Source: Isurus oxyrinchus (Eukaryota). From it: a stretch of DNA of 64,000 nt. A program made the position numbers and the translations under genes. How positions within the stretch are numbered: position 1 is the stretch's first letter; each line of letters begins with the position of its first letter. The notes beneath the pieces are model-generated. The model saw nothing but the letters and a program-made list of their open reading frames with translations. It made no database searches and was not told the origin of the DNA. Shown piece by piece: positions 40,601 through 53,249 of the stretch. The DNA is taken from positions 186,001 to 250,000 of the forward strand of contig JANJGN010000523.1 of the NCBI GenBank assembly GCA_026770705.1. The letters run 5' to 3'.

Positions 40601-41250
40601 CTGAGACTGGTTGTATTAAAGTGATTACTGATGCATGGTATTGATTAACATAAACTGAGACCGGGTCTATTACATTGATTACCAATACATGGTCTGGGCT
40701 GATATTAACAACTGAGACAGGGTCTATACCAGTGATTGACAAGACAAAGTCAATATTGATATAAAGTGTGTCAGGGTTTTTACAGGGATTACTGATACAA
40801 GGTATTGATTACTATCAACTGAGACAGGTTCTCTTACAGTGATTGCTAATACAGGGTTTGTATTAATATAAACTGAGACAGGGTCTCTTTCAGTGGTTAC
40901 TGATACAAGATATTGATAATATCCACTTAGGCAGGGTTTATTACAGTGATTACTGATACAAAGTCTGTATTCATATAAAGAGACGGAGGGTCTAGTGCAG
41001 TAATTACTGGTAAACGGCCTAGATTAATATCAACTGTTACAGAACAGGATTACTGCTACTGGGCCCAATTTAATAAAACTGAAGCAGGGCATGAAGCAAT
41101 AATCTCTGACACAGCACCGAGTCTAAGTCAACCAGGGATAAATCTCGTGTGGAAGCAATTGATGCAGCTCTTTGTGGAGTATTGAGAGGGACAGAGAGTA
41201 ATGCAGTTAGAATTAATACATAAACTAGTGTAATATACAGAGAGATAGGG
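31660..41250 (-). repeat. ~9.6-kb tandem array of a 54-bp unit (two related 27-mers), roughly 175 copies
   Basis: Consensus on + strand ATTACTGATACAGGGTCTAGATTAATA-TAAACTGAGACAGGGTCTATTACAGTG; yields the repetitive VITVIDPVSVYINPDLVS-type ORFs. Confidence 0.97.
38399..38622. mobile_element. Penelope-like inverted-repeat (pseudo-LTR) remnant with 12-bp TSD
   Basis: Hairpin aaactcagcaggtctggca..tgccagacctgctgagttt; tctattacagtg duplicated at 38387-38398 and 38623-38634. Confidence 0.75.
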
Positions 41251-41959
41251 TTTAGTGTTACATCATTAGAAACATCTTATAGCGCAATATAATAAGTGTA
41301 TTAATATCGAATTAACATAAGCCCCAGCATCACTGATCCATTTGCCAGTGGAACAGCTTCTCCCTAAATATTCAAAAACATCCCTCACACATTGGACCAT
41401 TTCTGATAAACCTATCCTAAGATTCTCGTTGATGAGGAGAGCAATCCCAGTTTTTTGTTGTGCAGAGAGTGAGAGGCAGTGCAAACTTAAGTTCCAGGAA
41501 ATCCTCTGTCTTGTTACTTCGAAATTGGCATTTAACAATCGTTGACACTGTTATATGGGGCCAATGGAAATAAAGTGCACTGTTACAACAGGGTCAGGCT
41601 AAGATACCAGGCTACAAGGCAACGGATCCCTTACAACTAAATTGATGTGTGTAAGACTGGAACCTGCTCCTGAACTTTATATACATAGAACCAAATGCTA
41701 TAATTTCAAAATAGCAATTGCAACATGTCCAGTGCCTTGCATTAGTGGCTCTCCTACAGGGACGGTAACCACTACTGAACTAAAAACAAAAAGTGCTGTA
41801 AAGACGCAGCAGGCCTGGCAGGGTCTGAGGAGAGAGAAACAGCGTTAACGTTTCGATTCCATATGAATTTATGCAGAGCCACAACTGCAGGTTTGAAGCA
41901 TGGTCAGTGGAATGATCATTCAGATGTGGCGATGGTAATGTCATCTCAGTCTTAGGGAT

Positions 41960-42400
41960 CGAGGTAATTCACTGGGCTGGTAATACAGAGAAGATCAGAA
42001 ATGCTTCAGAGACATGATTTAAACCCCACGACGGCAGCTGGCGGGATTTCCATTCATTTAATTCATTAAAACCGAAACTGGAATAAAATTACTCATTGCA
42101 TTAAGAATCGAACCTAATTGTCATGAAGTTGCAGCTGGTTCACTGATGTGATTCGGGGACGAACTCTTACCAGCCTGGCCGACGCAAGGCTGCAGCCCCA
42201 CAACAACTTGGTTGAATCTTAACGGCCCTTGGAATGGCCCAGAAGGCCATTTAGTTGGGTCAAAGCACTTCTTGGAAAGTCAAATAAGAGGCGCACGGCA
42301 TAAACGTCAGCTGTTCAAGATGTCGGCTCCCCGCCACCTTCTCAAGGGTACTTGTGGATGGACAGTTAAGGCTGGCGTTGCTTTCGACGTTCACAACAAA
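41960..42400 (+). mobile_element. Decayed SINE / family A tail
   Basis: cccacgacggcagctggcgggattt..ctggttcactgatgtg..ccaccttctcaaggg. Confidence 0.65.
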
Positions 42401-42519
42401 AGAACAAATATAAACAACGGTCAAAGCTTTGTAAACTATTACGGATGCTCTCAATGTAAAATAAGGCCACAAAATCTGGAAATACTCAGCATCATTCTCC
42501 GCTGACACTATTTTACACT

Positions 42520-42740
42520 AGGGGTATCCTAGACCAATACCTAATGCGCAACTAAAATCACTAATAAACAGGTGATCTGGGCTTTTATTACATCTCTGTT
42601 GGTGGGAGCTTCCTGTGCACAAATTGCCTCCTGTAGTTCTAACGTGACACAAGAGATTATAATTCGAAATAAGTTACATCAATGAGGTTAATGAGATATG
42701 TGATTTGGGACCTCCTGAGATGGTGAAATGTGCTGTATAA
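42520..42740 (+). mobile_element. Old SINE 3' part (Deu-domain/AmnSINE-like)
   Basis: tgttggtgggagcttcctgtgcacaaattg..tttgggacctcctgagatggtgaaatgtgctgtataaa. Confidence 0.55.
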
Positions 42741-43609
42741 ACACCGAGTTTTTACTAAAAGTGAACATGTCAAAACATATATGGTTATGTGTTAGAAAGT
42801 CTGAGAAGAATGTGATTAAAGGTCATTTCTCTGTTCATTATTTAAACATGTTTATGTGAAAGGGGTTAATCCTTTCACCAATCGATATTCAGTATAATAT
42901 TAGGCTGCTCAGAAATGTTTAATTGATTTAAGCAGCAGAATTTCCAGAAACATTTTTTCTTAAATTTAATGGCTTCTATTGTTTAAAATAAGTAACATCT
43001 ATACCAATTGGTTTTCTGAAAATTGTGTTCAATTCTTATACCATCTGTGAATATTCTTAAAATAAACTTGTTTTGAGCTGAACATAATCATTAAGTGACT
43101 GTTGATCTGATTCTGCTGCCATGAACACCACTTTGCAACTAGTGAGGCGGTTATGTAAATAAACACAGAAATCGACACCTCAGAATAGAACATTGAGCGT
43201 CGGAAATACAATAGATGTTACCCCACCAACAGAACATAGAAATAACAACAGAGAGAAATGCAAATCACACAAAGGATTCCATAATGATTGATATTTGGAA
43301 GATTTCTATAAGTTATGAGATAACAACATAAAGATGTTTTTTGTGTTCAAAACTGGCGAAGCGTCCTTTGATCCGGTATACAGAAGCATTGAAAATGTGT
43401 TTGCGGAGTTTCCTGCATTCTTTCCCGCTCAGTCTCCCTTTCTCCCCTATCCCGGGCGTGTCTGGCCTCTCATTAATCTGTCAGCGTCTGTAACTCATAA
43501 GTCAGTATCTTACCAAAGATTAATCTCACCCCTATTCTTTGACTTTTAACGAAATAGATGGCTGTTCGCAGAAGGAACTCAACTCTAAAATGTTTCTGGT
43601 TCACTCAAC

Positions 43610-43935
43610 AACATGGGAGTATTTAATGGGACAATCTATAGGGAGCTCTCCTCTGCAAATTAACATTCCTATGCCTTCCTGTGAATGGTATATGGGAAAT
43701 TGTAGAGGGATCTTTTTTCTGCATCTGATACTGCTGTACCATTCTTGGGAGCATTCGATCGAATCATGTAGAGGGACCTTTGTCTATCCAGCGCTATACA
43801 TGTCCTGAGAATGTTTGGTGGGGTAGTTTAGAGAGACCTTTACTCTGCCTCACCCCGGAATTTACCGATGTAGAGGTAGCTTTACTCTGCATCTGAACTG
43901 TCCCGTGTCTATCCTTAGGAGTGTCTAATGGTGTT
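43610..43935. repeat. Degenerate ~68-bp tandem repeat
   Basis: Repeated tgggagt.tttgatggg...gtagagggagctttactctg motif. Confidence 0.7.
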
Positions 43936-44449
43936 GGACTCAGTGCATGAAATGGTGTTCTAGACCGAATCCCTCAACACATGTCAAAATATATTTGGAT
44001 GTTCACTTGAAGTACTGTAGCCCCAAGGGCCCTGGTACAAAACTAGGAAGTGGGCTATGACTTGATAGATCATTTCAGGCCATTATGGTTAGGGGGTGCG
44101 CAATGGCCTATTTCTGTGCTGCACAAATCTATGAGTTTCAGATGCTATGAAGTGTGTGGAGGTCTCAAAGTATACAGAGGAAGGTAACCAGTTTGTTAAC
44201 AAGGATCAGGGTCTTTAGTAACAACAATAAATTGGACAAATTGGCAACATTCTGCTTGTGATAAAGAAGATTAAGCAGAAACCTAAACGCTTTTTCCAAG
44301 ATGATGAGAAGTTTTGAGAGAATTAGCAGAGAACACCAATTCCTTCTGTTCATTGTGTCAATATCCAGTGATCATAGCTTCAAGAAAAATATATATATTG
44401 GCAGATTTGTAAAAGGGCGATGAGGAGAAATGTTTCGCTAGCAACTGGT

Positions 44450-47050
44450 TCCCTTTATATTACACCAGATCCTGCCTCAATTATTACTCTTTGAGTTCAA
44501 GTCACAGTTTTAGTTTTGCTGAAACCTATGAAATTTATGGATGCATAATCTGGTATTTGTATTTTTATTACACTAGGCTCTGACACAATTAACTCTGTGC
44601 TAATCAAGCCTCTGTTTCAGGCCGGCCCCCGAATCAGTTATTATTACATTAGAGCATTTCGCTATTTATATTATATAACGCTCTGTTTCAGTTATTAGTG
44701 AACCATACACCGTGTCTCTATATGTTGCACTCGACCACGTCTCAGTTATTACTATACTAGAACATGTATGTGTTAATATTACCCTGGATCCTGTCTCTGT
44801 TGTTACTGCATTGGAACCTGTCTCCATTTATAATGTTTTACATTATTGTTTCTGTTAAAATTGCACTGGAAAATATATCTCTTTATATTTTACAGTGGGC
44901 CCTTTCTCAGTTATTACTGCCCTATACCATGTTTCTGTTAAGCTAACACTTTACCCACGCCAGTAAACATTGAATTGTATCATGGCAAACGTATTGGAAA
45001 CTGGTGAGGAAATAGTGAAGTTAACGCGCAGCACAAAACAATGGAAACAGAAACAATTTTTTTTTTTATTGAATTTCATTGAGAGTGGAAAGTGTTACAT
45101 TCCATTCCAAGTGAGAGAATTACAGATTTATTATGCTCACGTCAGGTAGAGGTACAGTTGCATTTTCACCGCCTCTTGCACAGATCATCACACACTCCAG
45201 TGACGCACAAATGATCACTTGTCAACAAACAGAGAGAATGGTGGGTAGATGTCCTTTATTCACCATGTGATTTAATCCACTTTCGAACTGAATTCTGAGC
45301 GCAGCTAAACTCACTTTGGAATCTAAATAGGCATTTTCCACACAAGAGCTCGAAAAAGACGTCAGCATCAAGAAATGTTAACGATAATAGATGATCTGAA
45401 ATTGCTGGATGGATGGTTCGAAATGTAGATAGATAGACTGACCGCCAAACAGACAGGTACACAGCTAGATGGGTTGACAGATAGAGAGACTGAGATACAC
45501 AACATCTAGCGTAATATAGACAGTTTAATGCTAAATAACCTTTTCGGTGGCTCGTATGATACAAACAGGGAGATGGTCTTGTATAATGTGAAGAGATGTA
45601 TGCATCAGTTCAATTACTTACTCCAACAGGGCCTAGTGTAAAACATGAATTGAGACTAGGTCTTTTGCACTGCGATCTGAGACAGAGTCCTGTGTAATTT
45701 AAAGGAAGGCATGACCCAGTCATTACGTATCAACACCTTTCATGGTCTTAAATACCTCGATCAAAGCCCCTCTTAACATCTTCTATTCTAAGGAAAACGA
45801 TTCAAGATCTCCAAGGTCTATTAACATTCGGATCAATCTCCTCTTCATCCTCTCTGCGACCTTCAAATGCTTTATAAAACAGAGTTCCTGGAATAATTAT
45901 GTACAATATACATGGAAACACAGTAGGGAGTACTTTAACAAATGTTGTTTTTACTCATTCACTAGGCTGAAGTATTTATTTATCTCTATTCATCCAGGAG
46001 ATGTGAGCGTCTCTGACACGGCCAGCATTTCCCCCCATGCTCCGCTGTCCTGGAACTGAATATCTGGCTAGACATTTTCAGAGTCGGAGGATAGTTAGGA
46101 GTGAACCACGTGCTGTGGGCCTGGAGTCACATTTAGGCCAGACTGGGGAAGGATGCATATTTACTTCACCGAATGTTCATTAGTGAATCAGATGCGTTTA
46201 TAGCAATGAAAATTGTAACGATCCAGTTCCATTTCCATTTTTTTATTCATTCATGGGATTTGTGCGTTTCCAGCTGAACCAACATTCAATAGCCAAACAC
46301 AATTGCCCTTGAGAGGGTGTTAGTGAGCAAACCTCTTGTACTGCTGCAGTCCACGTGCTGTAGGGACACCCACAGTGCTTCTAGGAAGGGAGTTGTATGA
46401 TTTGGACGCAAGGATAGTGAAGAAACAGGGACTTTCCATTGTTGTTCCTGTGCTTCTGCTGCCCTTGTTGCCCGGAGAATTGGGGAATATTCCACCACAC
46501 TCCTGACATGTGCCTTGTAGTTTGTGGACAGGTATTTGCAGAATTCCCAGCTTCCGAACGGCTCTTGTCTCAATCGCATTTAAATTCGGCCAGCTGCTGT
46601 GGTGGGATTTGAATCCATGTCCCCAGAAGATGAGCCTGGGCCTCTGGGCTAGTGATGAGTACTTGGGACGTCATAACTTTCAAGGCTATGGGCCAAGTGC
46701 TGGTAAATGTGATTAGGTAGGTAGGTCAGGTGTTTCTCACGTGCCGGTGCAGACTCGATGGGCCGAAGGGCCTCTTCTGCACTGTGAGTCTGTGAATCTG
46801 TGGCAGAGCTGCAGCCAGGTCGTGCCTGAGTTAGGGTCCAGTGTAATGTAACCAGAGATAGGGCCTGGTATAATTTAAATGGTAAGTTGCTCCAGTGCAG
46901 TAATAACTGAAACAGAGCCTGGTTAAAATAAACTTAAACATGGTCCAGTACATTAAAAACAGGGACAAGTTCTATGAAATATAAACATAAACAGTATAGC
47001 GCATCACTAACTGAGAAACCGCCTTATGTAACACAAACAGATATTATATG
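44450..47050 (-). repeat. Composite element copy 4 (inverted), interrupted by SINE/LINE fragments
   Basis: Forward 27-bp array 44450-44950, reverse-complement core (~45080-45250 matches 24060-24200), reverse array 45560-45720 and 46810-47050. Confidence 0.55.
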
Positions 47051-47206
47051 AGGTCAAATTTCAACAAAGCTTTTTGGAATTTAAACGTAGTTAATTTTGT
47101 ACATCTGAACTATTAAAAGTGCCCTCAATATCAGTAATGGGAAACGTGCATCTCCCAGACTCATCAAAACACAGCTGACATATAAAGGTACGTTTCGGAA
47201 ATACAT

Positions 47207-47289
47207 CCCCACCCCTCCCCCCCCACCCCCCCCCACACCCCCCCCCCACACCCCCCCCCCCCCACACCCCCCCCCCGCCCACCCCCCCC
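47207..47289. repeat. Poly-C/CA tract
   Basis: Direct inspection. Confidence 0.9.
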
Positions 47290-47399
47290 AACCTTACATG
47301 TTTTTTTCCCAAAGGGACTCCAGATGAACAGCAAGGTGGTTAACTTTGAATCTCCCTCTAAACATTCTCAGTGTGCAGTCATTTTTATTAAACGGCCAC

Positions 47400-50300
47400 G
47401 AGAATCAGCAACCTGAGCAGAGTCAGTAAAGCCAGACGGCATCAACTGAGGCACAGGCAAAGACACAGGCAGTCCAATTAACTGTATAAAATTCTCTGAA
47501 CGATCTTCTGTGGACATCTCCCACAGCTGAGAAACACTGAACGCAGGCTAGCGGAAACACAAGAAGAAGAACAAAGAAAAGTACAGCACAGGAACAGGCC
47601 CTTCGGCCCACCAAGCCTGCGCCCATCATATTGCCCATCAACTAAAACATTTTGCACTTCCGGGGTCCGTATCCCTCTATTCCCATCCTATTCATGTATT
47701 TGTCAAGCTGCCTCTTAAACACCACTATCGTACCTGCTTCCACCACCTCCTCTGGCAGTGAATTCCCGACACTCACTACACTCTGCGTAAAAAACTTGCC
47801 CCGCACATCTCCTCTATAGTTTTCTCCTCTCTCCTTAAATCTATGTCCCCTAGTAATTGACTCTTCCACCCTGGGAAAAAGTTTCTGACTATCTACTCTG
47901 TCTATGCCACTCATAATTTTGTAAACTTCTATCAAGTCGCCCCTCAATCTCCATCACTCTAGTGAGAACAATCCAAGTTTCTCCAACCTCTCCTCATGGC
48001 TAATAACCTCCAGACCAGGCAGCATCCTGGTAAACCTCCTCTGCACCCTCTCCAATGCCTCCATATCCTTCTGGTAATGTGGCGACCAGAATTGCACGCA
48101 ATATTCCAAGTGTGGTCTAACCAAGGTTCTATACAGCTGCAGCATGAATTCCCAGCTTTTATACTTAATACCGCTGCCAATGAAGGCAAGCTTGCCATAT
48201 GCCTTCCTGACTACCTTATCCACCTGCGTTGCCACTTTCAGTGACCTGTGCACCTGTATGCCCAGATCCCTCTGCCTGTCGATGCACTTAAGCGTTCTGC
48301 CATTTACTGTATAATTCCTACCTGTATTAGACCTTCCAAACTAAACACGCGCCTGACATATTGATGCTCAATGTTAATACCTTCCAACCAATATCCCCAC
48401 GCCTGATTGACCCACCAGTGATGGCGGGATATTAGTCGGGAACGAGTGCCCCTGGGGGTCCTCAAGATTGACTCCAGGAGTCATGAATACTTCTGGCATC
48501 AGAACAGGCAACAGTGGAAAATCTCCTTTCTAATTCGAGTTATTTCCCTACCTCAACTAATGAATCAGCGCGTCTCCATGTTGAACACAATTCTGGTGAA
48601 ACCCGGAGAGCAGAAAAGGAAATGGAACTTCAATGCCCATCAGCAAGAATGGCTCGATACCAATACTGACTGAGCTGGCCGAGTCACGAAGGACATATCT
48701 ACCAGACCGTGCCCCTGGAAGGTGTTGAGAGAACACAAGGAGAAAACTTACTTGAGACAAGGCTCATTACTCTACCTGGCACAGATACATCTCTCCATGT
48801 CAGTACTGATGAGAGTGTCCACCGCACTTTTCTTTTGGATACTAAGACCCATCTTCAGACTGAGAGCACCACCCGCGATGTTGTGTGGCATAATCATCGT
48901 GCTAAATGCGATAGATTTGGAGAATATTTGGCAATTAAAACCGTGCGTCAGTGAGGCCATTAGCTTGAGCAACATTCTCATCCCCCCACAATATGCACGT
49001 CATGGGATGTATAACCCTCACTCTACCATTAGGATGAAGCCAGGGGATCAACGATTGTTCAGTGATGAATTTAGATCAGTAGACCAGATGCAGCGACAAG
49101 AACATCTAAAAATGGGGTGTGAGCCTGATCAAGCTGTAACATGGTGAAAAATTGCTGACAAACTGAATGTGGCCCATTGACCCTCAATCATTGTACTCTC
49201 AGCCACCAGCAACCTGATGGAAGGTGTCATTGACGGAGCAATCAAACAGCAGCTCATCAGCAACAAGCTGCTCAACAATGCCCAGTTTAGGCTTCACAAG
49301 GGCCTTTCAGTTCCCGACTACATCACGTTGTTGATTTGAACAAAGGCAAACAGCTAAACTTCTAATATGAGAGTGAATGTCCTTGACATCAAGGTAGCAG
49401 TTGACAGATTGTGGCACCAAGGATCATTAGCAACATTGAAGTCAATGGCAATCAAGGGGAAAACTCATTGGAGTCATACCTAGCACAAATGTAAATGATT
49501 GCTTTTGCTGGAGGCCAAACACCTCACACCAGAGCATCGCTCTCGGACTTCCTCAGGAAAGTGTCCTAGGCCCAGCCATCCTCAGCTGCTTCATCAATGA
49601 CCTTATTTCCATAATCATGTCAGAAGTCGCGATGTTCATGAATGTTGGCGCAATTTTCAGCTTCATTCACTATTCCTCACATACTGAAGCAGTTCATGCC
49701 TCCATGCAGAAAAAAAACAAAACATTTGAACAATACTAAACCTTTGGCTGATGAGTGGAAATTGACATAACGTGTTACAAGTGCCAGGCAGTGACGATCT
49801 CCATCAAGAGACAATCTAATCATCTCCCGTTGTCATTCATTGACATTACCATCGCAGAATCCAACACCAGCAACATTGTGGGGGCCACAGCAGTAAATTA
49901 AGTTAACTGAACCAGCAACATATATGAAGAATCTAGAAAAGGTCAGAGGCAGCACATTGTATGGCGAGCGACGCACCTCATGTTTCTCCACAATCTGAAC
50001 ACAATGTCCATGCAACTTTTAGGAAAGTGATTGAATATCTCAGCTTGCCTGGGTCAGGGAATTTCCAACAAAACACTTCCCGAGCAGGCCCAAGGAACCA
50101 CATTGTCTTCTCCTAATGCTAGTTCTTATATTCGGAAGAAGGAAGACACCATGTAGGAAAAATCATTGCGCCAGATTGGCCATCCCATCCGGCATTTATA
50201 AACCCATTCCCTCCAGCACCACTGCACAAATACAGCTGTGTGCACCATCTACGAAATGCACTGTGGCAAGTCGCCAACAGTTCTTTGACAGTGCCGTGCA

Positions 50301-50460
50301 AGCCCCTGACTGCTAACACCTAGAGGAACTAGTGTGACAGACCCATGGAAAGACCTATAAGTTCCCCTCAAGGCCAAACACCACATTGGCTTGGAAATAT
50401 ATTGTTCTTTCTTCACTGTCGCTGGGTCACAACCCTGAAACCCCTATTTTACAGCAATGA
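47400..50460 (+). mobile_element. Long decayed family A LINE (endonuclease to 3' region), interrupted by a young CR1
   Basis: PDI.ML-like EN start bridging the CR1 insertion, FNAHQQEWL, RT motif ggacttcctcaggaaagtgtcctaggcccagccatc..ttcatcaatgacctt, and 3' region. Confidence 0.75.
47561..48342 (-). mobile_element. Young 5'-truncated CR1 LINE
   Basis: Nearly intact LYRTLVRPHLEYCVQFWSPHYQKD..RFTRMLPGL and LRGDLIEVYKIM..GHRFK; aaacac flanks both ends. Confidence 0.93.
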
Positions 50461-50649
50461 ATCATAGGGTCATAGAAATCTACAATACAATTTGTCCCAG
50501 CAAACAAGCAGTAAACAGCCTTGTCAACTGTCCAGCTCTTGGTCTGTAACCTTTTAGGTTGTTTCACTTCAAATTTTTACAACCCTTTCACATCATGAGT
50601 TTTAGATTCCCTTCATCCTTTGGGTGAAAACATTTGCCGTGACCTATTT

Positions 50650-52260
50650 ATTCTTGGATGAAAGGGTCGACAGTACTTTAGCCAGATTTGCTGATGATAC
50701 CAAGCTGGAAAGGGGAACAGGTTCTGAGGATGGATACAAAGAGGCCACAATGACATATTGGTAAGCTAAGTGATTGTACTGAAATTTGGCGCATGGAATA
50801 TAAGGTTGGAAAAATATGAGTTTGCCTAATTTTGCCGGATAAGTCCAAAGGCAACATGTTATTTAAATTGAAAGGCTGCAGAACTCTTTGGTGCAGAGAG
50901 ATCTGTGTGTATTTGTACACGGATCACAGAAAGCATGCGGGCACAGCAAGGAGTTAGGGAGACAAATAGAATAATCCCTTTATGCAGCCTTATCTTATCT
51001 CAGCTTCCTTTGTTCAAAAGTAAACATTCCTAACCTATCCTCCCAAATAGCAATCCTCCTGCAGCCGAGGCAATGTCGTCGTAAATCTCCACTGTAACGT
51101 TTCTTGCCCAATCAAATATTTCCGATCGTTCCTGGCCCAGGGTTGCACCGAACACTCAAACTCGGGCCTAACTAGTGCTTTACACAGTTCCAACAGAACG
51201 TCTCCACTCGTATTTTCTATGCCTCGGAGAATAAAGAATCCCATCTGTTTCTTGATCACCTTATCTACCTGTCCAGACACCCTTAGGAATCTCTGCATTC
51301 TGTAGTCCCACTTTAATTCTCAGTGTCGTATCATTCATGAATCAATGGAATTCACTAGCTCAGAATGCACTGGATGCCGGGATGCTGAATAAACTTAAGG
51401 AGGAGATGACAGATTTTTACTTAGTAACGGGTTGAAAGGTTATGGGGAGAGGCTGGGAAATTGGAGTTTAGGCCGAAATGAGATCAGCCATGATCGTAAT
51501 GAATAGAGGGGCAGGCTCGAGGGACTGAATTGCCAACTCTTGCTCCTAGTTCTTATGTCTTATTTACTGTTTATTACTTTATCTTGTTAGCTTTCCTTAA
51601 ATGCACTACCTCGCAAACATCTCTAAGCCATTCTTATGTCTACCTGACAGGTCGATTTCCTGCAGTATACAGCTTTCTGCTCAATTCTTAATCACACAGC
51701 CAATTTGTGTATCATCTTAATCATGCTCTTTTCAGTCATGTGCAAGTAATTGATATATGCAAGAAAAGGCAAGTATCCTATTACCAAGGCCTGGGGGATA
51801 CCACTCCCATTAACAGAAACACCCTGTGTCATTCACCGTTTGCTTCCTGGCACTGAACCAATTTTGGATTTACCTCGCCGCTTTGCCTTGGATCACATTG
51901 GCTTCTAATTTTGGAACTGCTCTGCCATGTAGAACCTGGTCATTTTAAAATCCACATAGACTACATCGAATGCATTGTATCCATCAGCACTCCTTATTAT
52001 CCCTTCAAAACATTTATGCATAATAGTCAGACTCGCCCTTCCTTTAACAAATTCTTGCTGTCCAGGTTTGTTTAGGCAGTGTCATTCTAAATGTAGATGC
52101 ACCCTGTCTCTTAGAATGTTCTCCTTCCAATACTATTCCCTGCTCCAAGATTATATTCAGTGTCCTGTAATTACTCAGTCTATACCTTTGTGCGTTTTGA
52201 ACAAGGGCACAACGTTAGCTGCCTTCTCGCCCTGTCTCAGTGCCTTAAGTTTCAAAGGAT
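50650..52260. mobile_element. Patchwork of CR1 fragments in both orientations
   Basis: RFADDTKL (+, ~50685), KALVRPEFECSVQPW (-, ~51150), CR1 tail (+, 51340-51560), RT fragment (-, 51570-52260). Confidence 0.7.
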
Positions 52261-53249
52261 TATAAAGTGATGGTGGTTCCTATGCCGAGGGTACAATTTG
52301 GGCGAGTCTTGGTATTTATGCATTTTAAAAGGTATGCAACCGCTTGATACTTTCAAGATGGTGGCAATTCGCCATTTCTCAAGGAGAACTGGGAATGGGT
52401 AGAGATGTTTGACTTAACAACTATTCCAAATCAGTCGATAATTAATAAGTAAAACATTAGAAACTGTCTAATGTAATATAAACCACCCATGCCCATCCCT
52501 ACATTACACTGGGTCCTTTTTCAGTTATCACCGCCTGAGGCAGTGCTGGTTTGGTATAATTTAGGCAAACCAATTTGCACTGTCACCTGGTGGCCAATCA
52601 TTGCCATTACTGCTATCGTGAAAATGTCGACGTTCGTAATGTTGTTGTTGGAAACGTATCAACAAACAAATTTGCACTAATATTCCAGTCAACGCATTTT
52701 TAATGAAAGGGAATTAAATGCTGTGAAAATAACTGGTGAAGCAAATCCGCTTTGTGGATGTAAATTGCAAACATTAGGAATAATGTGTTTTGTATGGACA
52801 CACTCACAGACACAAATAGACACAAATACAGATGTTCAGGCTCGGTCACACAACCAGTTGCCACGGAAAACGTGAATGTAAAGGCCCTCAGGAGAAACAT
52901 TCCTTAACATTAAAATACGGTGTACAATAGCCACAACAGAGATTTCCACTATTCAGTATAAACTGCAGTGCACTCTGGCTCACCTTGACTTCAGTCCCTC
53001 AATCCAGTTCAAATTTCCGAGATTGTCATACGATTCGACCAGTACTTTCAACAAAACTGTTACATTACACCAGAGCAATGGGAAATTGTACACAGCTCCT
53101 GATGGCTGTGACAAAGACTAAACGTATTTTACAACAAACAAAAATCCATCTTCCCACCCAGTCAAATATATGTTCTTTAATTATTATGAGACATACTTCT
53201 CCCTTCATCCATCTGCCTATTTACCTTCCACAGAAAAATGCTGTACCAC

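Noticed and set aside
31660-41250. CRISPR-like array
   Set aside because: No unique spacers; continuous diverged tandem monomers in vertebrate DNA, and no cas genes.
43258-43265. Perfect ATGCAAAT octamer as an Ig promoter
   Set aside because: 15 kb from VH with no leader or V exon nearby; one or two hits are expected by chance in 64 kb.
47091-47312. Gly-rich ORF
   Set aside because: Translation of a poly-C tract of uncertain sequence quality.
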